A DNA stretch of 59,430 nt, filler included, from Sphacelaria rigidula (taxonomy: Eukaryota): assembly GCA_964200075.2 (NCBI GenBank). It is 4 parts of 4 records of this genome, joined end to end, with 100 filler letters (N's around TTAATTAATTAA, not from the genome) between each part and the next. Parts side by side here need not be neighbours in the genome. Positions count along the whole stretch, not along the records: positions 14,888 to 29,670 come from CAXNAA020002049.1; positions 29,771 to 44,550 come from CAXNAA020002050.1; 2 more parts are not named here. The stretch is one strand, 5' to 3'. The translations under genes were made by a program, and so were the position numbers. Below the pieces are notes generated by a model, which saw nothing but the letters and a program-made list of their open reading frames with translations, made no database searches and was not told the DNA's origin. Positions 23,101-36,600 of the stretch are shown here, one piece after another; positions within the stretch are counted from its first letter, which is position 1, and each line of letters opens with the position of its first letter.

Positions 23101-26100
23101 GGTAGCTTTGTTCTGTGGTGTTGACGACGACGACGACGACGACAACGAGAAGGAGGGCGTTCGGAATGCTCTTGTCAATGTATGATTTATATTCCCGTTT
23201 GTCCATTCCATTTCCGATCCTTTAGCTTGCGAAATGTCCGAGATGTTCTCGAACCCCCAGAGTGAAATGAAAACGGCTAGTTGTGAAGACCCATAAACAC
23301 CACAACGCGTCGTTATCGAGGAACCTCACTCACTGCGTATGGGTCCTCGCCACCGGTAATCCCCCCTCAACTCACAGAAAATCAAACGTATTCTATGGTA
23401 GTTATCAGCATTTGGGTGCGTGGTGTATGCATGAAGAAGCTTTATCTTTCGACCGTTGCGTCACCGTTGACCTTTGGAGGGGCCTTGACATTGTCCGTTT
23501 GAACAAAAACACTTTGATACGATGAGAAATGACGATGGGGTATGATGTCTTACGCTCCCTTATTGCGATGTGCGCATGAATCATGCCGTTGGAATCATAG
23601 CTCGTCATCACGAGGTGCACAAGGGTAGAAAAAGTACGGACCACACCTTATGAAATATGCGATAGTGCCGTGCGGCGCGAGTGATCGGCGGGAAAAATAT
23701 GTGAAATAGCTGTCCCTTGCGATTGGGGGGTAGAAAAAAAGCTGTGGTAAAATTGTGTTTTGTGAATAAAATATCAGGAACTAGTACGGAAGGGTAGTTG
23801 CACACCAACGGGATGTGGGAAAAGTCCCCGTTGAAATCGGAGAGCATGAATAGCGGATGCAATCACGTACGTATAGACCGTGCCGTGCGAAACACGAGTC
23901 CGTAACATATGTATGTACGAATCACAATTAATCTACGAATCGCGTGGTTGACCCGTGGAAAGAAACGAATATGGACGAATCGTGATTTGATCCGTCCTGA
24001 ATGCGAATGGCTTGCTCATGTTACCGCGAGCCGGATCGGTGTCACCTTGATTGGATATACGTGGGAAAAATGATTGTCAAATTGACAAACCAACATTTTT
24101 TCATAATTTACTTAACCGAACTGCTGTACCAAGGTATCTAATCAACCATTGCATTCATGAAGCAGGGCTCCATGTTCTGGGGCACCAAGCGAGGCTTCGC
24201 CGGAGCGATCCTCGATGACGACACCCTGCGATGGACGCTCCCCCGGCAGTTGATGAGGCTCTACGTGTCTATCCAGTCCGTGGAGGGACTGGCTGCCGAG
24301 CTACACCTAAGCTTCTTCAAGTATGGGTGAGTTCATACCACACTTGGTCATTTTTGTACTGATGACAGTGATCCATTAGACTATCCCATTTGTTGTGTGG
24401 GCAACCGTGCACTTCGAGTGGCTAAACCAAACCCCGAGATGGATATACGCATCGAAGATCAGCTCTCCCACGTTGCTTCATCTCATGGAGTCTGGTATTT
24501 CTTACAAGTGCCGCCTAGGACCCCTTTCATGGTTCGCCCAGGACCCGTCAGAGTTTCATTCGGCTTGTTCGGGCAAGCAGAAGCGCGTAGCTGAAGAAAG
24601 ACCATGCCACCACCTTCGTGGTCGTTCTCTGCTCGCCATGACGATGTCAGTATGATGAGCAAGTGCTCACACATCATGTTATTGTCAGCATCATCGTCGG
24701 TGTCGAGTTGTATCGTTTCTAGTGCCGGGCCCCTCGAGTGTTTCATAATGCCGTATTTTGCACAACAGTATCCTCCTGTAGACAACTCTCGGATCACAGG
24801 TTTAGGCCACTGGTTATCTCTCAAGAATCCTGGGATGGACACGTCAAACATCTCTTGGCGCGAAATATTGGACGAGTACTTTGTCAACAGCTCTTTGATG
24901 AGACACCTGTACAATTTCGTGTCTATGAATGAGTGCGCCGAACGAGTATAATGTTGAACCAGAGGATGGTCAAGACCGGACATGTGGAACCCCAGCCCGT
25001 ACCAGCCAGTTTTGGGGGTGCTTGTTTCGGGAACGGTACACGAATATTCTGCAAAAACAACAATGTTTTTCGGCACTGTGCGCTGTTTCGGTTGTGGGGC
25101 ACGCATGAGAGTGCCGAATAAGCCTGCGCCTTTTGATCTCGCTGCGCCCCGGTGGTCCAATGGTCCAACTGACGTCATTAGGGCGGAGAGAACGCAGGTT
25201 CGGTTTCCGCTGCGTTGGGTTTTCATTAGAAGTACCGGATTTCCACTGTTGACAGCGTGAGGAAGTACGGGAGTAGAGAAACGAGCTCGACTGAGCTTGT
25301 TTGAGGAGAGTTAACGCGACGCGAGAGTGCTGGCCATGATCCAATCCGCGAGACCAAAATTCAAGACGTGTACGATACGGGGAAGACACGGTTGATTCCT
25401 TGAGCCCATGGGCTCGTCCCGAGGAAGGAAGAAGGCTAGAATAAAAGTGAGACCAAGAAAATACAGAAGCGACAACATCTGCGCACATGGAGAGGATTCT
25501 AGGGGACCACGAGCTGGTCCTGGGAGGCACGTCCGTATGACCTGCGGTCACTTTCGGAGAACTTGGCCGACTATTGAAAACGACATTCGCAGCCTTGATT
25601 GCACTCTCTTTGGCACAGAACTATCGACCCTGGCCACACAATCCGCGAAGAGTTTTTGAAACGAATGCGTGTGCTGCAACATTCAGCGCCGAACGCTCCT
25701 GGAGAAGGGTGAGGTAGTTGCTTGTGCGAGATGATTTCTCAGACCCCGCAGTCGTCGGAATTTTCGAAAATGATCCACATGCAGCTCAGAGCCTCCCACC
25801 GCGCGCGGAGTATAAGGGGTTCGGGGGAAACTATTGTATTATGCTATTTCCGGTTGACCTCGGTTGATGCTTAAGCACTGCTCGACACTGTTATTGCACA
25901 CACGATTCATTCGAGAATAATGCAAGAGAAACCCGCTGAGTTCGAACACACATACCCCACCCGCTGAGTTCAAGAGCGTTCGATCTATTTGCCTGTAAAT
26001 TACTATTGGATAAAGATGTAGGCACCCAGTTGCTCGTGAACTACTTAGGGACTTATGAACTAAAGCGACTCTCCTGTTCGAATTTCACCTGCTTCATGGC

Positions 26101-28799
26101 CATTTCTCTGGCTTGTGAGAAGTTTACACACGTATCTGCACCCATACTACGGGAACCTTGATCTTTTTTTTGTCTCGTTTTGTCACCTTTTGTTTCAAGG
26201 CAGTCCATATCAACTACAGCTCGGGATGACTCAGTATCACCGAGAGTCTGAATTATCTGAAATTACAGTTGAAGCGATTGCAGCTAGCGGCATTAATTTT
26301 CCATGCCCCATCCGGACATTCGTGTGCAATTTCAATTGTATAATCGAACGAGTGCCCGGGAGACAATGGTGGTGAACGGACCGTTTTTGTTGTTTGTAGT
26401 AGTAACACTACTAGTAGGAGAAGCAGCACTAGCAAAGTTGATGAAAACCAAGGGTTACGTTCGACAATACCTGCCAAACCCGCCGCTCATGTTTCGCTCG
26501 TCACCCCCCGTTACATCGTCGCCCTGTTTTCGATGCTTGCGACGCACGTCATCCTTTTGCGTGTATCTTAACCTGCCCAGAGTACGGCAGCGTGTCGGCC
26601 GCATCCTCCTCCAGCTGTGGGCGCACCCACTGGGAGACTCTCGCAAGGCCATCCTCGAACTTGTCCGTGCCTCCATGTCGGCGACCACCGCTGACGGCGG
26701 CGCTATTGGCGGAAGCAGCACTGGTGCCGCCGCCGTCCTGCCGCAGAACCTGCTAGCGAGGGATTTCTTCACCGCAGCGTTCGACGTGATTACGATGTTC
26801 TTCAACAGTGGCATGGAGCATCTGAGGGACGGGGCGATTGAGGAGAGCGCCAACGACGGTAGGCCGCTCCAACCGGGCCACCCACACTGGCAAAAATACA
26901 GCAACGAACGCAAGAGTTGCAAGTCCTCGCTGGACAGCATGTGAGGCGGGTGTTGTGCGTTGGGGAGCAGGCGCCGAGGCGGGGTGTATTTGTTGCGGTA
27001 ACGTTATATTTCAATTTTGCTTGCGAAGAGATCGCAGGACTACAGAAATACGTAAAATGTACGAGGATGTGCTTCCGTGGTGTTCGTGTTTCAGCTAAAA
27101 CATTGAAACCCGAAGCTGGTGTACTTCCTCTGTCCCATAAGTAAAGGTACCTACATTTGTACGGGTCCTTAACGATGTCCGATCGATTTTTTTAAAATGA
27201 ACTTTGCGGTGTTTTTGGGGTTCAGAAAACGTGCTGAAAATTTGCAGCTCGTGCTTGAACCATGCCGCCGAACGGCTGCAAAAACAGTAATCAGCCCAAA
27301 TATTGGCCGTTTTTTGCCCCTTTCCGAGAGGGAAAAAGTGTCGATTTGTTTTTTAATCGCGTGGGGCTTTCTGGCAGCAAGCCCTAGTGAAGGCGGGGGC
27401 GATTGAAGAAAAAAACAAATCAACACTTTTTTTTCCCTCGGAAAGGGGCAAAAGGCGGCCATTTTTGGGTCGACTACTTTTTTTGCAGCCGTTCGGTGAC
27501 ATGGTTCAAGCACGAGCTGCAAACTTTAAACACATTTTCTTAACTCAAGAAACACCGTAGAGTTCATTTAAAAAAAACGATCGGACATCGTTAAGGGCCC
27601 GTACAAATTTAGATACCTTTACTTATGGGACAGAGGAAGTATAATGCTAAGCTCTTCTTGAGTTGCAGTGCTAGGCGCGTATTTGCGTACGTCGGGTGTG
27701 GTGTCAGGCTTCCCTGAGAGTAACACACCTAAGCCCGCCTCGTTAATGGTACCCTCGCGCTTTCAATGGCCTCAATCGGTAGGACTCGCTCTATCCTCGT
27801 GCTGCTGACGACCCTTGGTCAAGAAAGAGAAGTCCTTGACTTGCTCCGTGTGGGAACGCTGGGGATTCGTTCAGCCGCGCTGCTGTCGGTGATGCTCCGG
27901 TCGTTGTACGGCGAGGAGGCTTCGGAGACTACGGTCGCTGAGCCTGAGGAGTGGGGCCTCAACAAGGTGTGTTGTATATTCCGTTGTATCGTGAGCGGCG
28001 TTTTTGAAATATTGCCGCGTTGGATGGAAGGTGGAGTGTTACGTAGCAGCCGTTGGTTCGCATGGCCGGGCAGTCTTGAGCACGGTGCTCATTGTTGCCT
28101 CTGGTACGGCAAGAGATTGTGTGCACGGGGGGCAGTGAGCGAGCGCGCGCCCCGAGATATCCTTTGTGTGCGCTCGAATGTACGTGTGCTATTTGTGCGG
28201 TACCACGGGCGCGGGAAGAGTCACGCAGTCTTTCATGTCAGGGGATAGCGCGCTGCTGTATTAGTGGTCGGCGGGTCACCATTCCGCTCGGCAGAATGCA
28301 TCCACCTATTATTCCCCACCCAACACGCCCACTCGATCTCCGTTTTCCCTTCCCTCCGCTATTTCCATCAAACCAAACACAGGCTGAGCTTGGAGGCATG
28401 GGCTGCCAGCTGCTGGCCGGCCTCGCGGGTCCCGGCCTCGCCAAGACCAAAGCCTTCGCCGCGGCGCTGAAAAGTGTAGACTCCGACTTCGATAGCTCTC
28501 TTCTCGAAGCCGCTGCCCGCGGCCCCGGCGGCGGCTGCCTTCGCGGGGACCTGCTCACCCGTCTGTCGCTTGCCCTAGAGATCGAGGACGAGAGCAGGAA
28601 AATGCGACAGCTTGAAGCCGTCATCGGGGGTGGCAAGGGCGCTGCTAACGACATCGTAGATCCCTTCGAAGGAGTGCCCCACGAGATAGACAACCAGGAG
28701 CTGGAGAGGGAGTACGGGTCCGCGATGGTGGATTTGGTGCACATAGTGGTGGGTTTCGCCGGAATGATTACGCTCATATCCCCTCTTCTGCCTCCATAA
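17197..28799 (+). CDS. Ufd2/UBE4-core (ubiquitin conjugation factor E4-like) protein, spliced. Exons 17197-18138, 18387-18917, 19375-19536, 19848-20078, 20293-21381, 21876-21986, 24166-24326, 26581-26940, 27783-27966, 28383-~28736/28799. 5' and 3' ends uncertain.
   Basis: All nine GT-AG joins are phase-compatible. Ufd2P-core-like motifs in order: SSAFLMSLCALLLRL, CIDISYL, FSFATELFFLTHRAL, FARVPPALIE, SKLVDVL, LMRLYVSIQ..FFKYGVRQRVGRILLQLW, LLSVMLRSLYG..VAEPEEWG. Confidence 0.85.
17349..17714 (+). repeat. 183-bp (61-aa) in-frame tandem duplication in the Ufd2-like N-terminus
   Basis: ARMN..AEE.N...AD..N...RRAALFASRA.AVEDDK...KDAC.V.VPDAT.PV.P occurs twice. Confidence 0.9.
19065..19327. mobile_element. 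Intronic Sola-like MITE (different subfamily)
   Basis: TIRs gagcaatgctacggtaggggtgcac / gtgcacccctaccgtagcatcactc. Perfect TACT TSD. Confidence 0.85.
22220..22467. mobile_element. Intronic Sola-like MITE
   Basis: TIRs gagtcatgctacgataggggg / ccccctatggtagaatggctc. Perfect AATG TSD. Confidence 0.85.
27124..27639. mobile_element. Stowaway-like (Tc1/mariner) fold-back MITE in an intron
   Basis: TA|cttcctctgtcccataagtaaagg ... cctttacttatgggacagaggaag|TA, with ~235-bp inverted arms. Confidence 0.9.
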
Positions 28800-29670
28800 T
28801 GTATTCGCATTTTGTAGACGTCGAGCTGTGTCCCGCCTTGCTCTTGTTGCCGGGGGCGTGGGGTGGGGTACTGAGCAGGGATGGTCGGGTGTTTCACGGT
28901 GCGGCGGGGAAGTGCATTGATCAATCCACTTCTTGTCTTGAAGAAGCTTGTCGAGACTTTCTGCCACGGTACTGATGTAGTGCTCGCTGCGCCTGTAATG
29001 ATTCTGCGTCCTGCCCTCCTCTGAAAATCACCCATGAATCAAGACACGGCCTGCAGCTGTGCAGCGCACAGTTTTACCCTGTCACCCCCATTAACCGCCG
29101 GGGGAACCGGCTGCCTGGGTATCCAACATTCACCGCTCTGTCTCGCGCCCGTTGCAGTTTTGTCTGGTTGACCTCGCATACATTTTTCACACGGACACCA
29201 GGTGGAATCATTGTCTCCAGGACACTACTTCGACCGTCGTCGCGAAGGGTGCACGCTGATAAATGCCCGCAAGGTGAGCCTGTCGACGAGACGCACTGAA
29301 GCGGAGTGACTTGGACGTCGACCTTACGTTTTGATTTGCTAGTAGTACCCGACCATTGTTGGGGAGGGGTATTCATGTGCCTCCCTCGCTTCCTTACGTT
29401 ACGCACACACATACCCATCGGAGATTGGGGTCGTTCGAACATATGACATCACACTACAGTACAATTAAACTCGGGGAAGAGAAACACACAACTGGGACTT
29501 ACTTGTCCGCAATACCCCCCCCTCCCCCCTGGTTAGACACCCGTGAGGCAGTGTAAAAGCCGTGGCTGTCTCTGGAATTGGCGATACCACAAAATGAAGC
29601 AACTCGTTGTAGACTGTCATCCAAATACAAGATTATCAGCAGGCTTCGGGCCGAACACTCTTGGCAGGAT

Positions 29671-29770
29671 NNNNNNNNNNNNNNNNNNNNNNNNNNNNNN
29701 NNNNNNNNNNNNNNTTAATTAATTAANNNNNNNNNNNNNNNNNNNNNNNNNNNNNNNNNNNNNNNNNNNN
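29671..29770. other. Artificial contig linker
   Basis: N44-TTAATTAATTAA-N44. Confidence 0.97.
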
Positions 29771-32700
29771 GAGTTGAACCTCATTTGTTTTTTCAACCCC
29801 ATTTTCGAAAATCGGCTGTTAACAGGGGCCAGGTGGAGGGGTCGCACATGGGGTGGTGGCAGCTCCTGTTTTTCTCTTGGCAACGTTGTCGACCGCCTCA
29901 AGGGGTGGGGTGTTCTGCAAACCGCGTGAGAACAGAAGGCGGCCTGCCTCGGTCAAGGGCATAGTGCGTGGCGCAGACTACTGTTTACGGAGGGGATGCA
30001 GGAAAAAGTAGCTCAGCTGATACTGACTTCGTGGGGGTGGACATCGGTGTGAAGTGAACAAGCGCATCCGCGCTAATCGATACTCTGTCTCTACCACAAT
30101 ATTTTGATGGCACTTTGAAGCACTATTCACAGGGATACGGGCGTATGTACAGCATCGATCGAAACCCCGTTCGTCATCTGAGCAAAAAATTCTCGTTTTG
30201 ATGCAGTCGGGTGCGTATGGATTTTCAAGCTCTCGGTCCCAAAAAGATGAAGCAGCTTTGCAAGTGCGGGTCGAGTAGAGTATACTCGGTTGCGGGATAT
30301 TTTGAATGTCGTACTTACAGTACACGGATTGGGGGTAGGGTTTTAGAGCGATTTTTACGGCGACAAACCCTGGTTTTTACACGTGGGAGCACTTCAGCCC
30401 GTCTACAGGCGGTTTTCTCCCGTGGTTAGATTTTTTGGACCCCAGTCCGTTGGGATCGCGCTCCACTTACTTTGTGGGTAGGATTTCGTACCACGCAGTT
30501 TCGTCCCTGATGCCTGCCATAAGAGAAGATGCGCAAGTTTTCCCCGACGAAAAATTAGCGAAGCAAACCCGACTACTGTAATGCATCTATTCCTGTGCTC
30601 AACTCGTGCTCTATGCTGCAGGGTTGCGGTCGTAGCTGAGAATGATTTGGATGGAGTTTGAACCATCATGTGAACAGGTGTTTGAATCAAGCTCCATCTT
30701 TTTTCAACTATTTTTTTGTTTTGAAGCCCCGTTTCAACTTTTTTTTTAATCAGGCGTTCTTTATGCGCCTTATTCCCGTCCTTGTTGTGGCATTGTAGCG
30801 GTATCCCCCCACGATGCGCGCTGTCTAGCACGCGGGCGAGACGACAAGTTGGGCACCCGAAGTTTTGTCGATTATTAAAGAAATGCATATTTTCCTGAGT
30901 TTTTGAGTTTGGAGCTCACAACCTACACACCGACTGCACGAGTCACCATCCCTAATCGACCACGTCAAAACGTTCACTCTCCACAAATTCGTGTCGGCAC
31001 AACGGCACAGCTTTGAACGAGGTGGGAGAGACGCTGTCAGAACGGAACAATTACGATAAACTTTATATGTTCATGGGGATCATCGGTTCCATACAAGATC
31101 GCACGAAAAAAATAATGTCGGAGCGGAAGCGATTGCAGAGGGGTTTACGAAGGTGAGTGGAAATCTGAGAACGTGCTCTTTTGGAGCTGGGTGGACACCG
31201 ACACGTTGGAATGATCTGTTCTACTTGTCGGGTGAATTCCAGGACATTTCCTCGGTCTCCGGTGGCCGCAGTTTCTATTTTCGCCAACCAAGAACTTGAG
31301 TTCAAGAACAGTCGGGAAACGGTCAAATACCGAGAAATTCGCCATATTTTTCTGGATTTCACCCTTCCCGGACGAGAATTCTTCTTTGACCAAAATAATA
31401 ACTGCGGCCACCGAGGAAGGGGGAAACGTCTAGGGCCCACCTCAATGCGTAACGCAAATCATCGCAAGGAGTTAAATTCCCACTTCAATGAGTGACGCAA
31501 ATCATCGCAAGGTGTCAAATTCCGCCTAGCTCTCTGTTGAGGCGTGGAACTATGCAAGAGTTATAACAGGGCAATTTTCCGGGTTTTGATTTCAATTTGT
31601 TCTCGAGTAGATGGGAGTATATCGTTTCACGGGACCAACACTGCTGCTGTACCGCATTGTCGACTCCACGAGAGTGTGGCGTGCACTGTATGACACCGCC
31701 CATGATGCTACACCCTACAGTACGCTCCGACGCGGCAATCGGCTGCAGGAAGAAGACATACCCCTGCCCTTTCGGTTCTCGCTTCACTAGTTACCAGGGC
31801 TCGGGTGTGTGGATATGTTAATATCCACGCGTGAGCGGGGGTGACCAGCCCATACACTCCGCCCCCCATTGCGGCAACGTACGAGAAGCTGAGGATAGTT
31901 GAGGTTGATTGATTCGGATCTGGGGTCAGCGGACCACTTCCTTTGTGCGATCATTTTTCACTCTCACTGCTTACACCCACGGTTTCCGAATACGTCAAAT
32001 GAAGATACTAGAGAACGGTTGATGGTGTTGAATTACGTCCGATTGCCCTGCCTGAACTCCGTATTGTTCGTCCACTTCGCTCTGTCAGCGCGTGCGGGGT
32101 AACTTGAATCGCGTGACGATGGCCCGAGCAAAAACAGAAATGTTCGACAGTAACACATGTTTCCTACGTCCGCCAACGCGTGCCGGCACCCCCGCCCCCT
32201 CATGAAAACGACAGCTGCATGTGCGGGTCCCGTCCATGACGACTCTACGGCAATGGAAAAGAGCGGTTGCGTCGAGATCGCCAGAAGCGATGAAGACCAT
32301 CGCTTGGGCATTTCAATGCGACAACCGTGGCGTTGACTCGGGAGCCATATCCCTGGCTTTTCTCAGAAGCAAGCAGTACGCAGACCTGCATGATAAACCC
32401 CAGGCCCAATCCATCGCGATCAACATGCTCGTCAGGTACACACCACCCGTCTAATGCGGCTAGATAATCACATGACCCTTAGTTTATCGCATCTTGTGTC
32501 AGGGTCAATCGCTGGGGATGTCGACGTACGATGCATCGTGTAACGCACCCGAACCCGACGCCCACAAAAACACAGACGCCGACTGTGCATCGTTGAGGCA
32601 CGCGCTGGAGCGGCCACCCTCTGATCACACACCGCTCAACATGGATAATGAAATCGCTCATTTCACATCGGCGATGATTACCGTTTTCAGACGATAATGT

Positions 32701-33208
32701 TTTTCATCAACATCGGACTCTCGTACATTCAAGATCCCGTGGAAGGGTCTACGAAAACGAGAGCACCAGACAGAGTTGCCGGTGGGCGGGATATCAGTTC
32801 CGCCATCCGCGGTTTCCCTTGGTTCCGTCATGCAGCACCTAACGGGTGAAAAGTCTTATGTACTCTTCACAGCACACATTATATATTCGCGCTGCCCGCA
32901 GGTTCCAAACGGCGAACAAAACGAATCCTAAAGCGAGTGAATGGGGGCGTATCTCCACAGATGCACAAACAGCCGCAACCCTCCTGCAGCGTTCAGAGAG
33001 GCAGATCCCTCGTGAAGCGTGGACCGACGTCTTCGAAGAGTAAGTTTGCATTAATTGTAACACGCGCGTCGATTGCGGTGGGCCGTGACTGCTGTCGTAG
33101 GCTACAGTATTTCGGAAGCAAGGATCGCGCGTGCAGCACATGTTTGTGTCACGCTTAGACTTGCGCCCCTTACTCTAGCAACCTTTCTGGCATCATTCCA
33201 CCTTGCAT

Positions 33209-33685
33209 AAAAAGCGTAGCGTTTCAGCAGGTGGCATAGATAGCGCAGCGTTTCGGCAAGTAGCGTAATCGATACTAATTTTTAAATGGGGGGCATAATC
33301 GAGCTTAAATTCTCCAGTAGAGTTGGCAACAATGATCTAAATGTCGACGTGGTGTGATATGTTGGGGTGGAACTCTGCTTTCATCGACCGCGGCCGGGTC
33401 TGATATACCAGTCATTCAAACTGCAGGGTTGACTTTCGTTTCTTTGTTTCACTCCATATATCTAAACATATATTCACAGCGTAGCGTATAGTATGCATGT
33501 AGTGATCGGTGGGTCTGCATCCGGTCAAAAATGGTGCTTGTTGGATATTGCGAGCATAATTGAGCATAAATCCCATCTTGCGAGCATAGATCGTCGAGCA
33601 CATATTTTGTGAAATTCGAGCACAGATTGCGCTCCATGAGCCGAATCTTTTGTGTAACTACTAGCATTACAAAATGACTTTACTA
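33209..33685. mobile_element. ~477-bp insertion interrupting an exon
   Basis: Flanked by a GCAT duplication (33205-33208 and 33686-33689). Removal gives the in-frame DNLSGIIPPC-MRGKSAATL. Confidence 0.6.
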
Positions 33686-36600
33686 GCATGAGGGGCAAAA
33701 GCGCTGCAACACTCACGGGAGGCATTTTGCGCTCCGCGAACATCATCGCGACTAGGGTTGCTCGCGAGTTGACTCGCGGCACATACCGGCTGGAGGATTT
33801 CAAGCTGCACGTCCCGGACTTCATCACATCAGTAGACAACAGCATAGAAGAGACACGGGCAAGCCTGCCCGAGGAAGAACGGAACGGAGCAGCCATGAAG
33901 GCGTTCGAAGATGTCTGTCTCGACAAACTCCATCGGCGGCTGGACCTGGTACGTGACCGACACACAAAAGCCAAGAGTTAAATGTTAGATAGTGGGTAAT
34001 TCGGGCGATAGGTCGCCGAGACGATACAAACGTAAGGTGGATCGGACATGCTGCTGTGATAAATAAATCCAAATCGCGCAGAACGGGCTTGCGACGAGCG
34101 AAATTGGCGCATGCCAGTCATGGGCACAACAAGGATGGCACACCCACGTGATCAGGAGACAAGTGAAACATTTCCACGAGGTTGTTCACCTGCATCTTCA
34201 ACCACGGCCTGTTTTCGCAGAAAGCACAAAGAGGGGCCCTGAGGCGGTACAACGATAGCTGGAGGAAGAGGTGGGACGACGCCAACAACACCATCGCTCG
34301 CTTGAAGTTGGCGAACGCGGGCGACGAGGAAGGCGATGACGAGGATGCTGGTGAATCGGAGGAGGATGACAGCGATTGTCAACGACCGGCTGACGGCAGC
34401 CGCAAAGACGAATTGTGTCCCTCGTGCGACCCATCATCATACGTCAGGTGAGAAGGGATGGAATGAATCAACACGCAAGCCGTTTCGACGGTGCCGAGCA
34501 CACCAGTTGACCTCCCGAAGTACAATGCTACCGCTCTAAGATTGCCACGTGTAATGATTAAAACAACAATCACCTTACCTGGAAGACCGCCAACCGCTCG
34601 ACACTTTCATGCCGTCCTCGCAATGGCAGATACCGTTGCGTACACTGCGGGATGAAGTACCAGACCTTTTGTGAGCTGCTTGTGCCCGTCTCCGAGGATG
34701 CATCTCTTGCCGAGAGGAAGCTACGTCTCTGCCTTGTCTGCGAGGACGAGCCGGGGCGCCAAAAGAGGAAAGGGGACAGAACTGACGGGGTCGGAGGCGG
34801 AGGGAATCCTAAAAAGAAGGGGAAGAAATCGTCACAGGCAGGGCAAATGCTGCCCCCTGCCGGTCCCACCGTGGAAAGCAGAAGGTGCGAGGATAGATTG
34901 CCGTTGTGGAGACTGTGTCGTCGGCTAAAGCTTACCTTTAGATCGCTCCCTTGTACGACGGTTGTGACAGCATGCATAAGTCGGTCGACATGCGACACTG
35001 GGACTGTCAAGCGCAGCTGTTTATAGGTTCTCCTGCCTTTCGTTCAACCTCGCGCACTGCTCGACTATGAAAACCTGACGGTGCAGCCGCCAGCTTAGCC
35101 ACCGCAGTGGAACGCACGCCGAAGAATTACGCCGGATTGGCCCCCACCCCAACGCCAGCTCAAAACCGCCAAGCCAAACAATGAATGGCTATCTACCACG
35201 TGATGTTCGATTCCACGGTGCATGGAGGGCCTTGTTTACTCGACACGGACGAAAACAAACAGAAGCGTGAATATTCCGATCTGCTCAATATGAGGATATT
35301 TTATCATATCGATTTTACGTGCCGGTTGTTGCCCCCCCCCCCGAACCAACCACTTTCTCGGGAGGGGCTATATCGGAGACACACGCTACACCCCGCGACG
35401 TGCGGACGACTAGCGCGCAACGAAGGGAAACTGGCGATGCTATTGCGTGCTTACGACATGATATTGTACAGGGCTTATCACACGGGCATACACGAGGATA
35501 ATCTACTCCGCCGCCACTGTGCTCTTATTGACCAACAAGAGCCACTCCCTGTGAAGAGACCACCGAAGCTTATCATAGTCTCCATCGATGTCGAGAAAAC
35601 AATGCTAAGCACGACACATGATGACAACAAGGGATACTTCAGGTGGTTCGTTGAAAAGGTACTGGAAGTCTTGCAGCCGATGGGCACCATCGTCTTTGCA
35701 GTCCCGCGGCCCTGGAATCGACACGAACATCGTATCCAAGGTATCACGGTCTGCACGGTTCGTGACAGGCACAACCGCGGCATCGATGTTGCTGAAAACA
35801 GGGTAGACACATCTGAGTCGGTATTCGCCACACGAGCGCGGATAGGGTAAATTGTGTGCTTCGTTTCGTCCGTCACATTGAATCGCCGCTTTTCTACATC
35901 CTTCACTGCTCTGATACGGCATCCTGTGGTGATGTTGATACTCCCCTGGCACCCCCCGAACATCCACCATCGCTGCGATCCACCGCGGTGCGCACCCCTA
36001 GGCAGGCGCGATTGAAGCCGACCCTTCAATGGTGGTCGAAGACGACTACGTGCTAGTAGAGTACTCCAGCCGCCACGGAGGCTCCCGAAAGAAACACGAG
36101 AGGTATCATTTTTACCCTCACATGGAGGGCATCTTAGTGGCACACAAGCAACCGAGCGAAGAGAACAAAACATTCACGGTCAACCCGAGGGTGACCTTCG
36201 CCGATCCCTACGGCACGAACACCAACGGCAAAGTGCCGGAATGCTGGCAAACGATGGGCGGGGAGCCAGAAGACAAGCTCGCGTACAAACAGGGCGGGCC
36301 TGTTGGGGGACCCGTCAATTCCTTCCCGCCGCGGGTACTGACTACGTTCATCAACAGGTGATAACATACTTTCTGACCCCGTATCCTCCTTCCTATGTGA
36401 GACAGTATGCACTTTCGACGATCGTAGTGGAAACTTCACTTCCGGTGGGCGGGTGGCGTTGGAACATGCCGCGCCGTGAAAGACATGAGGTGAGTCGATG
36501 TCATTGTAGGCCTTGTGGCCAACAACACTTCTGGATGTTGTGCTTTTGGTCGAACGGAAGGGGGTCCGAAATACCAGAGAGATCCGAGGCATGCATGCAC

